Of a DNA stretch of 64,000 nucleotides, positions 42,694-53,270 are shown piece by piece. The notes under the pieces were generated by a model, which worked only from the letters and a program-made list of their open reading frames with translations, was not told the DNA's origin and did no database searches. Source of the stretch: an uncultured delta proteobacterium (GTDB lineage Bacteria > Desulfobacterota > Desulfobacteria > Desulfobacterales > JAFDCJ01). Location: assembly GCA_963769935.1 (NCBI GenBank), contig CAVYNY010000008.1, forward strand, positions 32,001-96,000. The letters run 5' to 3'. A program made the translations under genes and the position numbers. Positions within the stretch are counted from its first letter, which is position 1. The number at the start of each line of letters is the position of its first letter.

Positions 42694-44499
42694 GTGGCAG
42701 CCAAGTTTGTCAGCGAACGCAATATAAAATTTCTGCTTTACGAAGTTTTCGATGTTGAATCTTTGACGCAATACGAATACTACAGCCAGCACAACCGCAA
42801 AATGTTCGACATGGTGCTGAAGGCGGCCCTTAAATTGGGAAAGGATCTGCTTTTTCCCATATTTGAGGAAATGGACCGCAAGCCGCCCGAACTGGTCAAC
42901 GGGGAAGTCAAAGTTCATCCGGCCGTCAAGGCCATCATGAAAGAATTCGGTGAAGGCGGCTGGATCTCCAGCCGGGCAACCTTTGACCAGGACGGCGAGC
43001 AGCTGCCGAGTCTGGTGGCCGACATCGGCGAATTTATTTTTGCCGCCGCCAACTACTCGGCCAACGCCTACGCCGGCTTAACGATCGGCGCATCCCACCT
43101 GATTGAATCTTTCGGCAGCCGGGAATTGTACAATACTTACGTTCCCAGGATGCGCGCCGGAGAGTGGCAGGGTACCATGGCCCTGACCGAACCGGAAGCC
43201 GGCTCCTCCCTGGCGGATATTACCACCATGGCCGAACCCACGGCTGAGGGCTATTACCGCATCAAAGGTCAGAAAATATTTATATCCGCCGGGGACCATG
43301 ATGGGGTTGAAAATGTAGTTCATCTGATGCTGGCCAAAATCGAGGGCGCCCCGGCCGGAGTGAGAGGCATATCGCTGTTTGTCGTGCCCAAGAAACGCCT
43401 CGACGATCAGGGAAGCCTGGTTTCCAATGACGTCGTCGCCTCCGGCGTCTATCACAAACTCGGTTATCGCGGCTGTCCCATCGTGCAGTTGAGCATCGGC
43501 GACAAAAACGATTGCCGCGGGTGGCTGGTCGGTGAACCGCACAGCGGTCTGAAGTACATGTTCCAGATGATGAACGAAGCCCGTATCGGCGTCGGCATGG
43601 GGGCGGCGGCTATGGCTACCGCCGCCTACTACGCGGCGCTGGAGTATTCGAAAACCCGGCGCCAGGGGCGCAGAGTCACCCAAAAAGACCCCAGCCTGCC
43701 GCCGATTGCCATCATAGAACATGCCGATGTCAAGCGCATGCTGCTGTTCCAGCGTGCCGTGATTGAAGGCGCCCAAAGCCTCCTGATGCAATGCAGCAAA
43801 TACGTTGATTTTCAAAAGGTACTGAAAAGCGAGGATCGGGAAAGATATGATCTCCTGCTGGAAATTTTGACGCCGGTTGCCAAAAGCTATCCCTCGGAGA
43901 TGGGTATCCAGGCCATCAGCCAGGGACTGCAATGCCTTGGCGGGTCCGGCTATTGCGAGGACTACCCGCTGGAGCAATATTTTCGTGACTGCCGGATTCA
44001 TCCCATCCATGAAGGCACTACCGGCATTCAGGGAATGGATTTGCTGGGCCGCAAAGTGACAATGAAAAACGGACAGGCGTTTCTGTTATATATCAATGAG
44101 GTGCACGATACTATCGCCGCTGCCAGGGACTTTAAGTTTCTTGAAAAATTCGCCGATGCACTGAACGATTCCCTGACGAAACTGCAGCAGGTAACTCACC
44201 ATCTCATATCGATTGCCGGGCAGGACGGGCCGGAAATTTTTTTGGCCGATGCGACGCTTTATCTTGAATTCTTTGGTATTATCACCATTGCCTGGCAATG
44301 GTTGCTGCAGGGTATTGCGGTCCAAAAAGCGTTAAAAAATGGGGCCGGAAAGAAAGATTCTAATTTTTATGAAGGCAAAATGTTCACTCTGCGATATTTC
44401 TTCAGCTATGAGCTTCCCAAAACACTTGGATTGGCGAAACGGCTCGTGGATGATGACAGACTGACCGTGGAGATGCGAACGGACTTTTTTAGCGATTAA
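42694..44499 (+). CDS. Long-type acyl-CoA dehydrogenase
   Basis: GTMALTEPEAGS, KIFISAGDHD, MMNEARIGV, QCLGGSGY, IHEGTTGIQGMDL. Confidence 0.93.
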   Translation: MAAKFVSERNIKFLLYEVFDVESLTQYEYYSQHNRKMFDMVLKAALKLGKDLLFPIFEEMDRKPPELVNGEVKVHPAVKAIMKEFGEGGWISSRATFDQDGEQLPSLVADIGEFIFAAANYSANAYAGLTIGASHLIESFGSRELYNTYVPRMRAGEWQGTMALTEPEAGSSLADITTMAEPTAEGYYRIKGQKIFISAGDHDGVENVVHLMLAKIEGAPAGVRGISLFVVPKKRLDDQGSLVSNDVVASGVYHKLGYRGCPIVQLSIGDKNDCRGWLVGEPHSGLKYMFQMMNEARIGVGMGAAAMATAAYYAALEYSKTRRQGRRVTQKDPSLPPIAIIEHADVKRMLLFQRAVIEGAQSLLMQCSKYVDFQKVLKSEDRERYDLLLEILTPVAKSYPSEMGIQAISQGLQCLGGSGYCEDYPLEQYFRDCRIHPIHEGTTGIQGMDLLGRKVTMKNGQAFLLYINEVHDTIAAARDFKFLEKFADALNDSLTKLQQVTHHLISIAGQDGPEIFLADATLYLEFFGIITIAWQWLLQGIAVQKALKNGAGKKDSNFYEGKMFTLRYFFSYELPKTLGLAKRLVDDDRLTVEMRTDFFSD

Positions 44500-44725
44500 G
44501 CTCGTGAGTTGGTGAGCTGTTAAGCTGATGAGTTCGTGAATTCGTGAGCTGGTAAACTGGTGAGTTCATGAGTTGATGAGTTCGTAAGCGTTTGAATTGA
44601 TAAAATTTTGAGCGAAAAAGAAAAATTAGGCGGTTTCATTTGGCAGCTTAACAACTCATTAACTATGAGCATTCGATCTGACAATCTTACGAGCTTATCA
44701 GCTTACGAGCTTATCAGCTTATCAG
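44500..44725. repeat. Hairpin with 8-nt tandem arms
   Basis: Left block (TGAGTTCG/TGAGCTGG)n, right block (AGCTTACG/AGCTTATC)n in complementary orientation. Confidence 0.75.
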
Positions 44726-44767
44726 GTTAATCATTTATAATCGAACGATGAATCAGAGGCTTATTTT

Positions 44768-46609
44768 ATGGGAACTGCTTCCCCAGCTAAAAATGAAGGC
44801 TTAATTTCATTTTTTGATTTTTTAAAGGGCTGGCTGTTCCTGTCGTACCGGATTCCGGGTATATTGCGCACCCAAAAGCAAATTCTCAAGGTCGGTCCTG
44901 AAAATCGCGAATCATGGGGCAGCATGCTGGAGGACAATGCCCGGGAATTTCCGGACAACCCTGCCATTAAATCTGAAGAAGCCTTCCTTAGCTATCGGGA
45001 ATACAATGAGGCCGTAAATCGCTGTGCCAATTACTTTATTGCACGTGGAATGAAAAAAGGTGATGTGGCCTGTATCTTTCTGGAAAATCGTCCTGAACTA
45101 CTGATCGTCTACAGTGCAATGGCCAAGATCGGGGCGATTAACTGCATGATCAACACCAACTTGCGGCAGGAAGCCCTGAAACACTGCCTGGGCTTGCATC
45201 CGGCGAGAATCTTTATCGTCGGCGAGGAAGTCTTAGATGCTTTTGAAGAAGTTAAAGCTGATTTGAGACTGGGGTCGGATCAAGAAATTTATTTCCTGGC
45301 CGACAAGGGTCAAAAGACGGCCCCGGACGGTTTTATTGATTTCAATGAAGCCGCCGGGCATTCTCCGGCCTCGAACCCAACCACCACTGCCGAAGTCAAG
45401 CCGGCGGATACTATCGCCTACGTGTTCACTTCCGGCACCACCGGCGGCATGCCGAAGGCCGCCATCATCCCCCACGGCCGGCTGGTGCGAAGCAGGTATC
45501 TTAATGGAAAAATCGTCTTAAATATGAAACCGGAGGATACCATGTATGTGCCGCTGCCTTTTTTTCATACCAACGCCCTGGCCCTCAGTTGGCCGACGGT
45601 ATTGGCAAATGGGTCGGCCGTCGCCATTCGCCGCAAATTCAGCGTCAGCAACTTCTGGAACGACGTGCGCAAGTACGACGCCACTGCCTGGTGTTACATC
45701 GGGGAACTTTGCCGGTACCTGATGAAACAGCCGCCCCTGCCGGATGACCGCGATAATCCCCTGACAAAAATCATCGGCAACGGCCTGCGTCCGGATATCT
45801 GGCGGGAGTTCAAAAACCGATTCGGCATTTCCAAGGTATATGAGATCTACGGTGCGGCGGAATCCAATCTGTATTTTGTCAACCTTCTTAATCTTGACTG
45901 CACAGTGGGAAGATGCCGGTTGCCTTATGCCATAGTGCAATACGATGTTGAGGAGGACAGGGCAATCCGGGATGGAAATGGATATATGCAAAGGATTGAA
46001 GTCGGTCAAACCGGATTGCTTTTGGGTGAGATTTCGCAGTCCAATCCTTTTCTCGGATACACCAGCGAAGAAGCAACCGAGTCAAAGATTCTGCATAATG
46101 TTTTTGCACAGGGCGATGAATGGTTTAACACCGGCGACCTGGTTCGGGACATCGGTTTCGGCCATATCCAGTTTATTGATCGCACCGGCGACACATTTCG
46201 CTGGAAAGGCGAAAATGTTTCAACCACCGAAGTTGAAGAAGCGGCCAATATCCTCCCCCAAATTTTCTTGGCGACGGTTTACGGCGTAAAAATGCCGGGC
46301 GGCGAGGGACGAGCGGGGATGATTTCGATTATTCCGGAATACAAATATGATGATATTGATCTATCGAGGCTTTATGAACATTTCAAACACGCCCTGCCCT
46401 CTTATGCGATTCCCAAATTTGTGCGGATACAAAAGGATTTTGACTATACCGCGACCCATAAGATTAAAAAAGTAGATCTGAAAAAGGCTGGATTTGATCC
46501 CGGCCTGGTGCCTGATTCCCTGTACGTGCTGCTGCCGGACGCACCCGGATATCGGTCTTTGACAGACGAAATATATGCCGCGATATTGAGTGGAAAATAT
46601 AAGTTTTGA
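44768..46609 (+). CDS. Long-chain acyl-CoA synthetase, FATP/FadD6-like
   Basis: FTSGTTGGMPKA, YIGELCRYL, GNGLRPDIW, DRTGDTFRWKGENVST. Confidence 0.92.
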   Translation: MGTASPAKNEGLISFFDFLKGWLFLSYRIPGILRTQKQILKVGPENRESWGSMLEDNAREFPDNPAIKSEEAFLSYREYNEAVNRCANYFIARGMKKGDVACIFLENRPELLIVYSAMAKIGAINCMINTNLRQEALKHCLGLHPARIFIVGEEVLDAFEEVKADLRLGSDQEIYFLADKGQKTAPDGFIDFNEAAGHSPASNPTTTAEVKPADTIAYVFTSGTTGGMPKAAIIPHGRLVRSRYLNGKIVLNMKPEDTMYVPLPFFHTNALALSWPTVLANGSAVAIRRKFSVSNFWNDVRKYDATAWCYIGELCRYLMKQPPLPDDRDNPLTKIIGNGLRPDIWREFKNRFGISKVYEIYGAAESNLYFVNLLNLDCTVGRCRLPYAIVQYDVEEDRAIRDGNGYMQRIEVGQTGLLLGEISQSNPFLGYTSEEATESKILHNVFAQGDEWFNTGDLVRDIGFGHIQFIDRTGDTFRWKGENVSTTEVEEAANILPQIFLATVYGVKMPGGEGRAGMISIIPEYKYDDIDLSRLYEHFKHALPSYAIPKFVRIQKDFDYTATHKIKKVDLKKAGFDPGLVPDSLYVLLPDAPGYRSLTDEIYAAILSGKYKF

Positions 46610-46739
46610 TTGAAGATGACAGAGGGCAGATGGCAGATGGCAGGAGTTTGGTATGGTAAAAAGATGGAAGCATTCAATGCGGATCGCTAAGGCATAGTGC
46701 ACGGCGCTTGGGGCATAGTTTAGAGAACAAATGATAATC

Positions 46740-47287
46740 ATGAACAAAAAATTGGTATCGATTGTTAAATACGAAAAACCGCTTGAATCTGTCCGAAAAG
46801 CAGTTGACCTCTGCCGCGGGTTGGATCACCTGCCCTCTCAGGCGAAAGTTTTTATCAAACCCAACATCGATATCCCTTCGCGCAAGAAATGTCACAACAC
46901 CCATCCGGAAAAAAATCTGAACTTCTGGGTGTCCCGATTAGCGGACAAAATGCCGCCCATGTTCACGCTCATAGACGGCATCTACACAGCCGAACGCGGC
47001 CCCAATATCGACGGCCAAATGCACCGCAGCAACCTGCTGGTAGCATCGGCCGATGTTCTTTCGGCCGACATGGTCGGCGCCAAAGTGCTCGGCTACGAAC
47101 CCGCGGCGGTGCCCCATCTATGGCATGCCGCCCGGCGACGCCTGATCAAGTGTATAAAGCCCTTCTAAAAGCGGGGATCGAAGTTGACCCGGCAGTGTTT
47201 GAAAACATGGACCTGGCGCCGGGTAAATTTCTGAAGCGGTATGAAGGCAAGCCGGAGTTTGATGAATCATTCTTTAAGATTAGTTAA
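46740..47287 (+). pseudogene. DUF362-family gene with apparent internal deletions
   Basis: VFIKPNI joined almost directly to RKKCH..LIDGIY..E.GP..ASAD.LSAD, then a frame change into a C-terminal tail. Confidence 0.7.
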
Positions 47288-47379
47288 TTAATCCGCATTG
47301 AAATATAACTTTTTAAGGTGTGAACGAATTTTTTCGTGAACCCTAAACAGCGATATTGGAATGGTGGAGTGTTGGCGTA

Positions 47380-48450
47380 ATGGAAAAATCAAGCGGCAAA
47401 AATTACATGCTGTCGGCTTTGCGGCGGAAGCGTGCCGATCGGGTTCCGACGACCGTCCTGATAGGCCCTTACTGCTCCCGCCTAACACGATATAGCGTAA
47501 GGGAAATATTGACCGATGCCCGCAAAAGCGCAGAAGCCCATCTGGCTTTTCATGATCGGTTCATGCCGGACAGCCTGATCGTTTACAACGACATCTATCT
47601 TGAAGCGGAAGCTGTCGGCTGTGAGCTGGAATTTCCCGAGAACGGCATTTCGCATCCAAAGTGCGCCCTGCTCGGAGACAAGACAAAACTGGCCCGGCTA
47701 AAGGTTCCCGATCCTCGAAAAGACGGACGAATTCCCTATTTCATTGAAGTTTGTCAACGGGTTTCCGCACAGATTCGTAGGTCGACCGCCCTAGGTCTGG
47801 GACATTCCGGCCCATGGAATATTGCCATGCATCTCAGGGGTGCCGAAGCCCTTCTGATGGACACGGCAACAGATCCCTCCTTCATTCATGAATTGATGAA
47901 ATTCACTACCGAAGTTGTGCGAGCAGTGGGCGATGCATTAATTGAAGTCGGGTTCTCGCCTTCCTTGGGAGAGGCGGCAGCTTCCTGCAGTCTGATTTCA
48001 CCGCGCATCTACCAGGAATTTATCAAGCCCTATCATAAAGAACTCGGTCTCTATTTTAAGTCAAAGAAACGCTACATGTCGCTACATATTTGCGGCAAAA
48101 TCGATCCCATCATGGAAGATATAATCGAAACCGGGATTTTTCTCCTCAGTCTCGATGCCGTCTCATCGCTGCAAAAATGGACCCGCCTGGCGGGCCGCAA
48201 GGTTGTCACCATGGGCAATGTGCCGACAACTCTTTTCAGCAGCGGTACGCGATCTGAAATGGAGGCTTCGATCCGTGCCTGCATTGATACCGCGGCTGCA
48301 GATAGCGGTTATATTCTGGCATCCGGCTGTGAAATTCCATTCGATTCAACCGAAGACCGTATTGCTCATTTTTTTGAATACAGCCGCCAATACGGGCGCA
48401 AATTTATGGAAGGTTTAAATTCCAAATTCCAAGCACCAAATAACAAATAA
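47380..48450 (+). CDS. Uroporphyrinogen decarboxylase / MtaA-like methyltransferase family protein
   Basis: DRVP, LEAEAVG, DGRIP, GPWN.A..LRG, LHICG, MGNV, ILASGCE. Confidence 0.85.
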   Translation: MEKSSGKNYMLSALRRKRADRVPTTVLIGPYCSRLTRYSVREILTDARKSAEAHLAFHDRFMPDSLIVYNDIYLEAEAVGCELEFPENGISHPKCALLGDKTKLARLKVPDPRKDGRIPYFIEVCQRVSAQIRRSTALGLGHSGPWNIAMHLRGAEALLMDTATDPSFIHELMKFTTEVVRAVGDALIEVGFSPSLGEAAASCSLISPRIYQEFIKPYHKELGLYFKSKKRYMSLHICGKIDPIMEDIIETGIFLLSLDAVSSLQKWTRLAGRKVVTMGNVPTTLFSSGTRSEMEASIRACIDTAAADSGYILASGCEIPFDSTEDRIAHFFEYSRQYGRKFMEGLNSKFQAPNNK

Positions 48451-49088
48451 ATCCCAAAACACAATAGTAAAGATCCGGGTCCAGAGGGCCCGGCTTTGGT
48501 CCACCCCGGAGGGGTGAGATGGGTGATCACGTTTACCAGCAGTTTTCAGGTGTCAGGTGTCAGCAACTGAAGTCGACCCGCTGGGCCGGAGTCCCTCATG
48601 CAATGGACTTTCTTGCAACAGTGTTGATCTTCATTTGCAACCCAATCAGTGTTCAGGATTCAGAATTCGATTTTTACTGACACCTGAGACCTCATATGAA
48701 ACTTCATTAAATTCGATGCCATTTTTACGAAGTGTCTCACCGCCGAAAGCGCCAGAGCGCAGAGATTAATAAAAATTTTCTTTCTCGGCGTTCTCCCACC
48801 GGGGCGTAGGCCCTATGGGCCAGAGGCGGCGGGCTCTGCGGTGAACTATTATGTTTCTTTTTCGATCAGATTGGCCGCTTTTCAGGCCGGCGGATAGGCT
48901 GACACCTGAAACCATGAACAGATTTGGCCTATGGCAAAGCCAATCTCCTCTGACCTGGCCCACAGGACCAGGTTTGCAATTTTGGAATCAACGATCGGAA
49001 CCGGCCAAACCAATGGTGTCCCGTTTGGAATTTTGAATTTTGGGCATTGTAAATTATTTGGGATTTGTTAATTGGAATTTGTGATTTT
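48417..49088. repeat. Composite of nested intergenic repeats
   Basis: Outer AAATTCC/GGAATTT 7-mer arms enclose TGTCAGG-family arms, a CGCAGAG/CTCTGCG 9-mer hairpin and a 33-bp insert. Confidence 0.65.
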
Positions 49089-49149
49089 AATATTACAAAC
49101 CTTGAGAACCGATCCATGCATTTCATAAAAAAACTTTTTCCATGTTTCT

Positions 49150-50343
49150 ATGCTGCCTGATTCCGGTCAAAATCCTTATCGCTGGATGATTCTGGTCCTG
49201 TTGTGGCTGCTTTACGCCGCCTTCGGCATTATCTCCCGCTCAATTTTTCCTCTTGTCACGCCGGTTATTACAGATCTTAACCTCTCTTATTCCCAGATGG
49301 GCCTGATTCTGGGATCATGGCAACTGACGTATATCTTTGCCGCCCTGGTTGCCGGCGCCGTTCTCGACCGCTGGGGGGTCCGTAAATCCATTTTTGCCGG
49401 CGCGCTCGTCATGGGTCTTTCGGCAACTTTGCGCTATTATTCAGTCGGCTTCATATCCATGTTGGCTGCGGTGGCGCTATTCGGTGTCGGCGGACCGATG
49501 ATATCCGTCGGCGGGCCGAAAGCGATTTCATTCTGGTTTCGCGGGCGCAGCCGTGGGATGGCCATGGGCGTCTACACGACCGGCAGCTGGACCGGGGGAC
49601 TGACGGCCCTGGCCCTGACGAACAGCCTGGTCATGCCGCTTGTTGGCCACAGCTGGCGCTTTACTTTTGTTGTCTATGGCATGACGGCATTTGTCGTGGC
49701 ACTGCAATGGCTGCTGTTAACCAGAGGAGACGAATCTGCAGAGCATAAGGAAAGTATCGGCATTATTGAGGTATTCAGCCAACTCATCAAAATAAGAAAT
49801 GTCCGGATATTACTGGCCATGGGCCTGTTTTCGTTTGCGATCATCCATGGATTTTCAAGCTGGCTGCCTAAAATACTGGAAGACTCCGGCCTGTCAGCTG
49901 CCAAGGCCGGCTGGGCCGCGGCCCTTGCGATCGCCACCGGCATTCCTTCCCTCCTGATTCTGCCGAGCGTGGTTCCGCCGCGCTTCAGAGGCCTCATCAT
50001 CGAATGTTTCGCACTTTTGGCGGCCGTTAATCTTTTTCTGGTTTTAAAAACATCCGGAATGATCCTTTACATCGTCCTGGCCGTTTTGGGGTTTGTCATA
50101 GCGCCTTTTATGGCATTGCTGCTTCTGGTTCTGATGGAAATCCCGGGCGTCGAAACTCGACACATGGGATCTGCCGGCGGTATGTTTTTCTGTGTGGCTG
50201 AAATCGGAGGATTTACGGGCCCCCTGACAATGGGAATTCTGGTGGATGCAACCGGTACCTTTATGGCGGGAGCCGTGTTTCTGGCAGCTCTATGTATTGC
50301 AATGGCCGGTTTGACTTTTCTGCTGGATAATAGTTCGAATTAA
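49150..50343 (+). CDS. MFS transporter (CynX-like)
   Basis: About 12 hydrophobic segments; GAVLDRWGVRK (motif A); RSRGMAMG. Confidence 0.88.
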   Translation: MLPDSGQNPYRWMILVLLWLLYAAFGIISRSIFPLVTPVITDLNLSYSQMGLILGSWQLTYIFAALVAGAVLDRWGVRKSIFAGALVMGLSATLRYYSVGFISMLAAVALFGVGGPMISVGGPKAISFWFRGRSRGMAMGVYTTGSWTGGLTALALTNSLVMPLVGHSWRFTFVVYGMTAFVVALQWLLLTRGDESAEHKESIGIIEVFSQLIKIRNVRILLAMGLFSFAIIHGFSSWLPKILEDSGLSAAKAGWAAALAIATGIPSLLILPSVVPPRFRGLIIECFALLAAVNLFLVLKTSGMILYIVLAVLGFVIAPFMALLLLVLMEIPGVETRHMGSAGGMFFCVAEIGGFTGPLTMGILVDATGTFMAGAVFLAALCIAMAGLTFLLDNSSN

Positions 50344-50440
50344 GGGTGTCTGGGTGTTTTGTGTTTTATATTTAATGCCAAATGTTTCGTCCTTCAAGAA
50401 AAAGCTTAAAATGTTTTAAATCACAATAAGGTTTGAAAAT

Positions 50441-50514
50441 GTAGCGGCGGGGTTTATCCCCGCCAATCATAGCTTGTCAAGCCGGCATTAGGCGGGGATA
50501 AACCCCGCCGCTAC
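50441..50514. repeat. GTAG-headed REPIN with perfect 24-bp inverted arms
   Basis: GTAGCGGCGGGGTTTATCCCCGCC-N26-GGCGGGGATAAACCCCGCCGCTAC between convergent genes. Confidence 0.88.
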
Positions 50515-50579
50515 GAAAAAAAAATCCCGATAGACAGAATACCTTAAATATTCAATCTGCAATCTTCAATATTCAATAC

Positions 50580-52694
50580 TTACAGCAGCTCCAACGGATG
50601 CCACACCTTCAGACCGGTACCTTCCTGCAATTGAATCTTACAAACACTGCTCTCGGTAACAATTGCCTGCAATCCGGAATCCCTGAAAGCCTGAAACAGG
50701 GGTTCGCCGACGGCCTGGGAAAGCTCGTACCCGAGCATGCCCGTCTTCAAGCCGAAGGTTCCGGCCATCCCACAGCAGGTGCCGGTCTCGATCACTTCCA
50801 CCTCGGCGCCGCGTTTTTTCAGATAGGCCATGGCATGCTGGCCGGCCCCCAGTGCACGCTGGTGGCAGGCAATATGAAAACCAAAATGGTTGCCGCTGAG
50901 ATGCAGCCGGCAATCTCTGGGGGTCTCGGATTCCAGTTTCTCCAGATACTCAAAATATTCATAGGTGCGGTTGGCCACATCGACGGCATCCTGGAGGCCA
51001 TCCAGCAATTTAGGATAGGATACTTTGAGGCAGTAAACGGCGGTCGGCTCCGTCGACACGATGTCGTAGCCCTGCTCTGTGTAGTATGTGAGGCTCCTGA
51101 TGTTTTCTTCGGCAACCTTGCGGGCGCGCTTTAAATCTCCGTAGCCGATATACGGGTAGCCGCATCCCTGCTGGGGGGGCATTAAAACCTTGCAGCCACG
51201 GGATTCCAGACGTTCGACGGCCGCCAGGCCCAAATCGGGGGCATTGTAGTTGGCATAGATATCTGCAAAAAAAGCGACCCGGTGCACCGGGTTGGACACC
51301 AGGGTTGCACCCCTTCTATCAAATCGTTTTGCCAGGGTGTTGCGCCTGAAGGGCGGGAGTTCACGGCGGCTGTCTAAACCGACATACTTTTCCATCTTCA
51401 CTCGGAAGAAATGGTTTTTCATAAACCAGTTGGATATCGGCGCGGTGGCACTGCCGATTTTGGCCATGGTTTCGGCGGCCATCAGGACCCGATTGACCAG
51501 CGGACGTTGCTCCAGTCTGCTGTAGCGATCTTTGACTGCTGCAATCATCATCGGAATATCGATCTCGGCCGGACAAATCTCTTTGCAAAGACCGCAGGAA
51601 ACACACAGGTGTGCAAATTCGCCCGCCTTTTCAAGACCATGCACGGATGCCGTCCAGGGGATCCCGATCGGCCCGGGATAGATATAGCCAAAAACGTGCC
51701 CGCCGACCACCCCGTAAGTAGGGCAGATATTCATACAGGCCGCGCATCGTATGCAGTTCAAAGCATCCTGCATCAGGGGATCTTCACGCATCCGGCTGCG
51801 GCCGTTGTCCAGGATAATGATATGCGATTGCCTTTTGCCGCTGCCGTCCCCCTGCCCCAGCGGTGAGCGTCCCCCCATCAGCGTTTCGTAAGTCGTCAGA
51901 TGCTGCCCCACCGCGCTGATGGGATGGGCCAGCATCATCTGCAGGGCATCTTCCACCGTTTCAACGATCTTCTCCCGGCCCATGATGCAGATGTGCACAT
52001 CCGGAATACTCGAGACCAGCCGGGCATTGCCTTCATTGGTTTCAATGACGATGGCGCCGATCTCGGCAATCCCGACGTTGGCACCCGTCATTCCGATATC
52101 GGCATTTAAAAAATAAGGCCGCACGAAGCGGCGCACGGCTTTCATCACCGCATCGGCGTCGTCGGGAATATCCTCACCGGTGGCCTTGCGAAAAATCTCG
52201 GCCACGTCCGCCACGGTTTTGTGAACCGCCGGAAAGACCAGGTGAAACGGCTTCTCGTGAACCTGCTGGATGATCAGCTCGCCTAGATCAGTTTCTATAA
52301 CCTCCAAGCCGGCTGCTTCCAGGGGCTGATTGACTTCTATCTCTTCACTGGTCAGGGATTTGGACTTGGCCACAATCTTGGCATCCCGCTCCCGGGCAAT
52401 TTTCAGAATATAGTCAATGGCGGCTTTCGCATCCTGGGCCAAAAATACCGTAGTGCCGCGCTGCCGCGCCTTATCGGCAAACCGGTCCACCAATTCATCC
52501 TGTTTGGCCAGGCACCGGAGTTTGGTTTCCCGGACTTTTTTGCGGAAGCCTTCGCCGCCGGGCAGCAGCTCTACTGCCTTGCGTCGATTGTCCCGACCTC
52601 GTTTCATGGCGGTATAAAGCGCATCTCTCTTGGATTTTTCGCCTAATGCTTTTTCGATTTTAGCATAAAGTTGCGTTAGGGATGATTGCGGCAT
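50580..52694 (-). CDS. lutB: LutB-like (LUD + 2x[4Fe-4S]) protein fused to a CCG-domain module
   Basis: KSKSLTSEE, ETDLGE, TNEGN, CIRCAACMNICP, CVSCGLCKEICP, then GCG.P and TCCGMAG.FG. Confidence 0.85.
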   Translation of the reverse strand: MPQSSLTQLYAKIEKALGEKSKRDALYTAMKRGRDNRRKAVELLPGGEGFRKKVRETKLRCLAKQDELVDRFADKARQRGTTVFLAQDAKAAIDYILKIARERDAKIVAKSKSLTSEEIEVNQPLEAAGLEVIETDLGELIIQQVHEKPFHLVFPAVHKTVADVAEIFRKATGEDIPDDADAVMKAVRRFVRPYFLNADIGMTGANVGIAEIGAIVIETNEGNARLVSSIPDVHICIMGREKIVETVEDALQMMLAHPISAVGQHLTTYETLMGGRSPLGQGDGSGKRQSHIIILDNGRSRMREDPLMQDALNCIRCAACMNICPTYGVVGGHVFGYIYPGPIGIPWTASVHGLEKAGEFAHLCVSCGLCKEICPAEIDIPMMIAAVKDRYSRLEQRPLVNRVLMAAETMAKIGSATAPISNWFMKNHFFRVKMEKYVGLDSRRELPPFRRNTLAKRFDRRGATLVSNPVHRVAFFADIYANYNAPDLGLAAVERLESRGCKVLMPPQQGCGYPYIGYGDLKRARKVAEENIRSLTYYTEQGYDIVSTEPTAVYCLKVSYPKLLDGLQDAVDVANRTYEYFEYLEKLESETPRDCRLHLSGNHFGFHIACHQRALGAGQHAMAYLKKRGAEVEVIETGTCCGMAGTFGLKTGMLGYELSQAVGEPLFQAFRDSGLQAIVTESSVCKIQLQEGTGLKVWHPLELL

Positions 52695-52706
52695 AGTTCA
52701 GTTCCT

Positions 52707-53270
52707 TTAATTTATAATAATCGCATGCGTTTCGGCGGGTCCATGGACCCCGAGAATCAGCCGCATCTCAATATCCGCCGTTCGACTGGGGCCGGAGATA
52801 AACGACACCGTGGCGTTGCGGGGATTCTCGATGTAAAAATTACGGATGGGAGCTGCTGCTTCCATTAAATGTTCCACGATATCCGCAGCTCGAAACACGC
52901 CGATGTGCACTATCGGAAGGGCGGAAACCAGACGCTTGGCATCATCGGTGGCAAACTCCACCAGGGCGCCGGTCTCCGCAATGGCAAAGGCGGCCCAGGA
53001 AATCCCCGCCTGGATAGAATCCAGCGCCCCGGGCAGCTCCGCATTGGTAAAGGGTGGTGTCAGCAGATTCATGCCTGCCGCCGCGCAACGCTGTTCGAGG
53101 GTCTGCCGCAATTCATCCGGCAGATCGCTCAGAGCAACCTTTTCGGCTTCTTTTTCCCGCAGGATGGCTACCACTTTATCTGCGGCTTCGTCCATGCCGG
53201 AAACCAGATGCACGATTCCCGCCAGCGATTCATGCTTTTGCCGAAACTGTTCCACAATTTTCTCATTCAT
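52707..53270 (-). CDS. lutC: LutC/YkgG lactate utilisation protein (LUD domain)
   Basis: AIAETG, FISGPSRTADIE..L.LGVHGP. Confidence 0.9.
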   Translation of the reverse strand: MNEKIVEQFRQKHESLAGIVHLVSGMDEAADKVVAILREKEAEKVALSDLPDELRQTLEQRCAAAGMNLLTPPFTNAELPGALDSIQAGISWAAFAIAETGALVEFATDDAKRLVSALPIVHIGVFRAADIVEHLMEAAAPIRNFYIENPRNATVSFISGPSRTADIEMRLILGVHGPAETHAIIIN

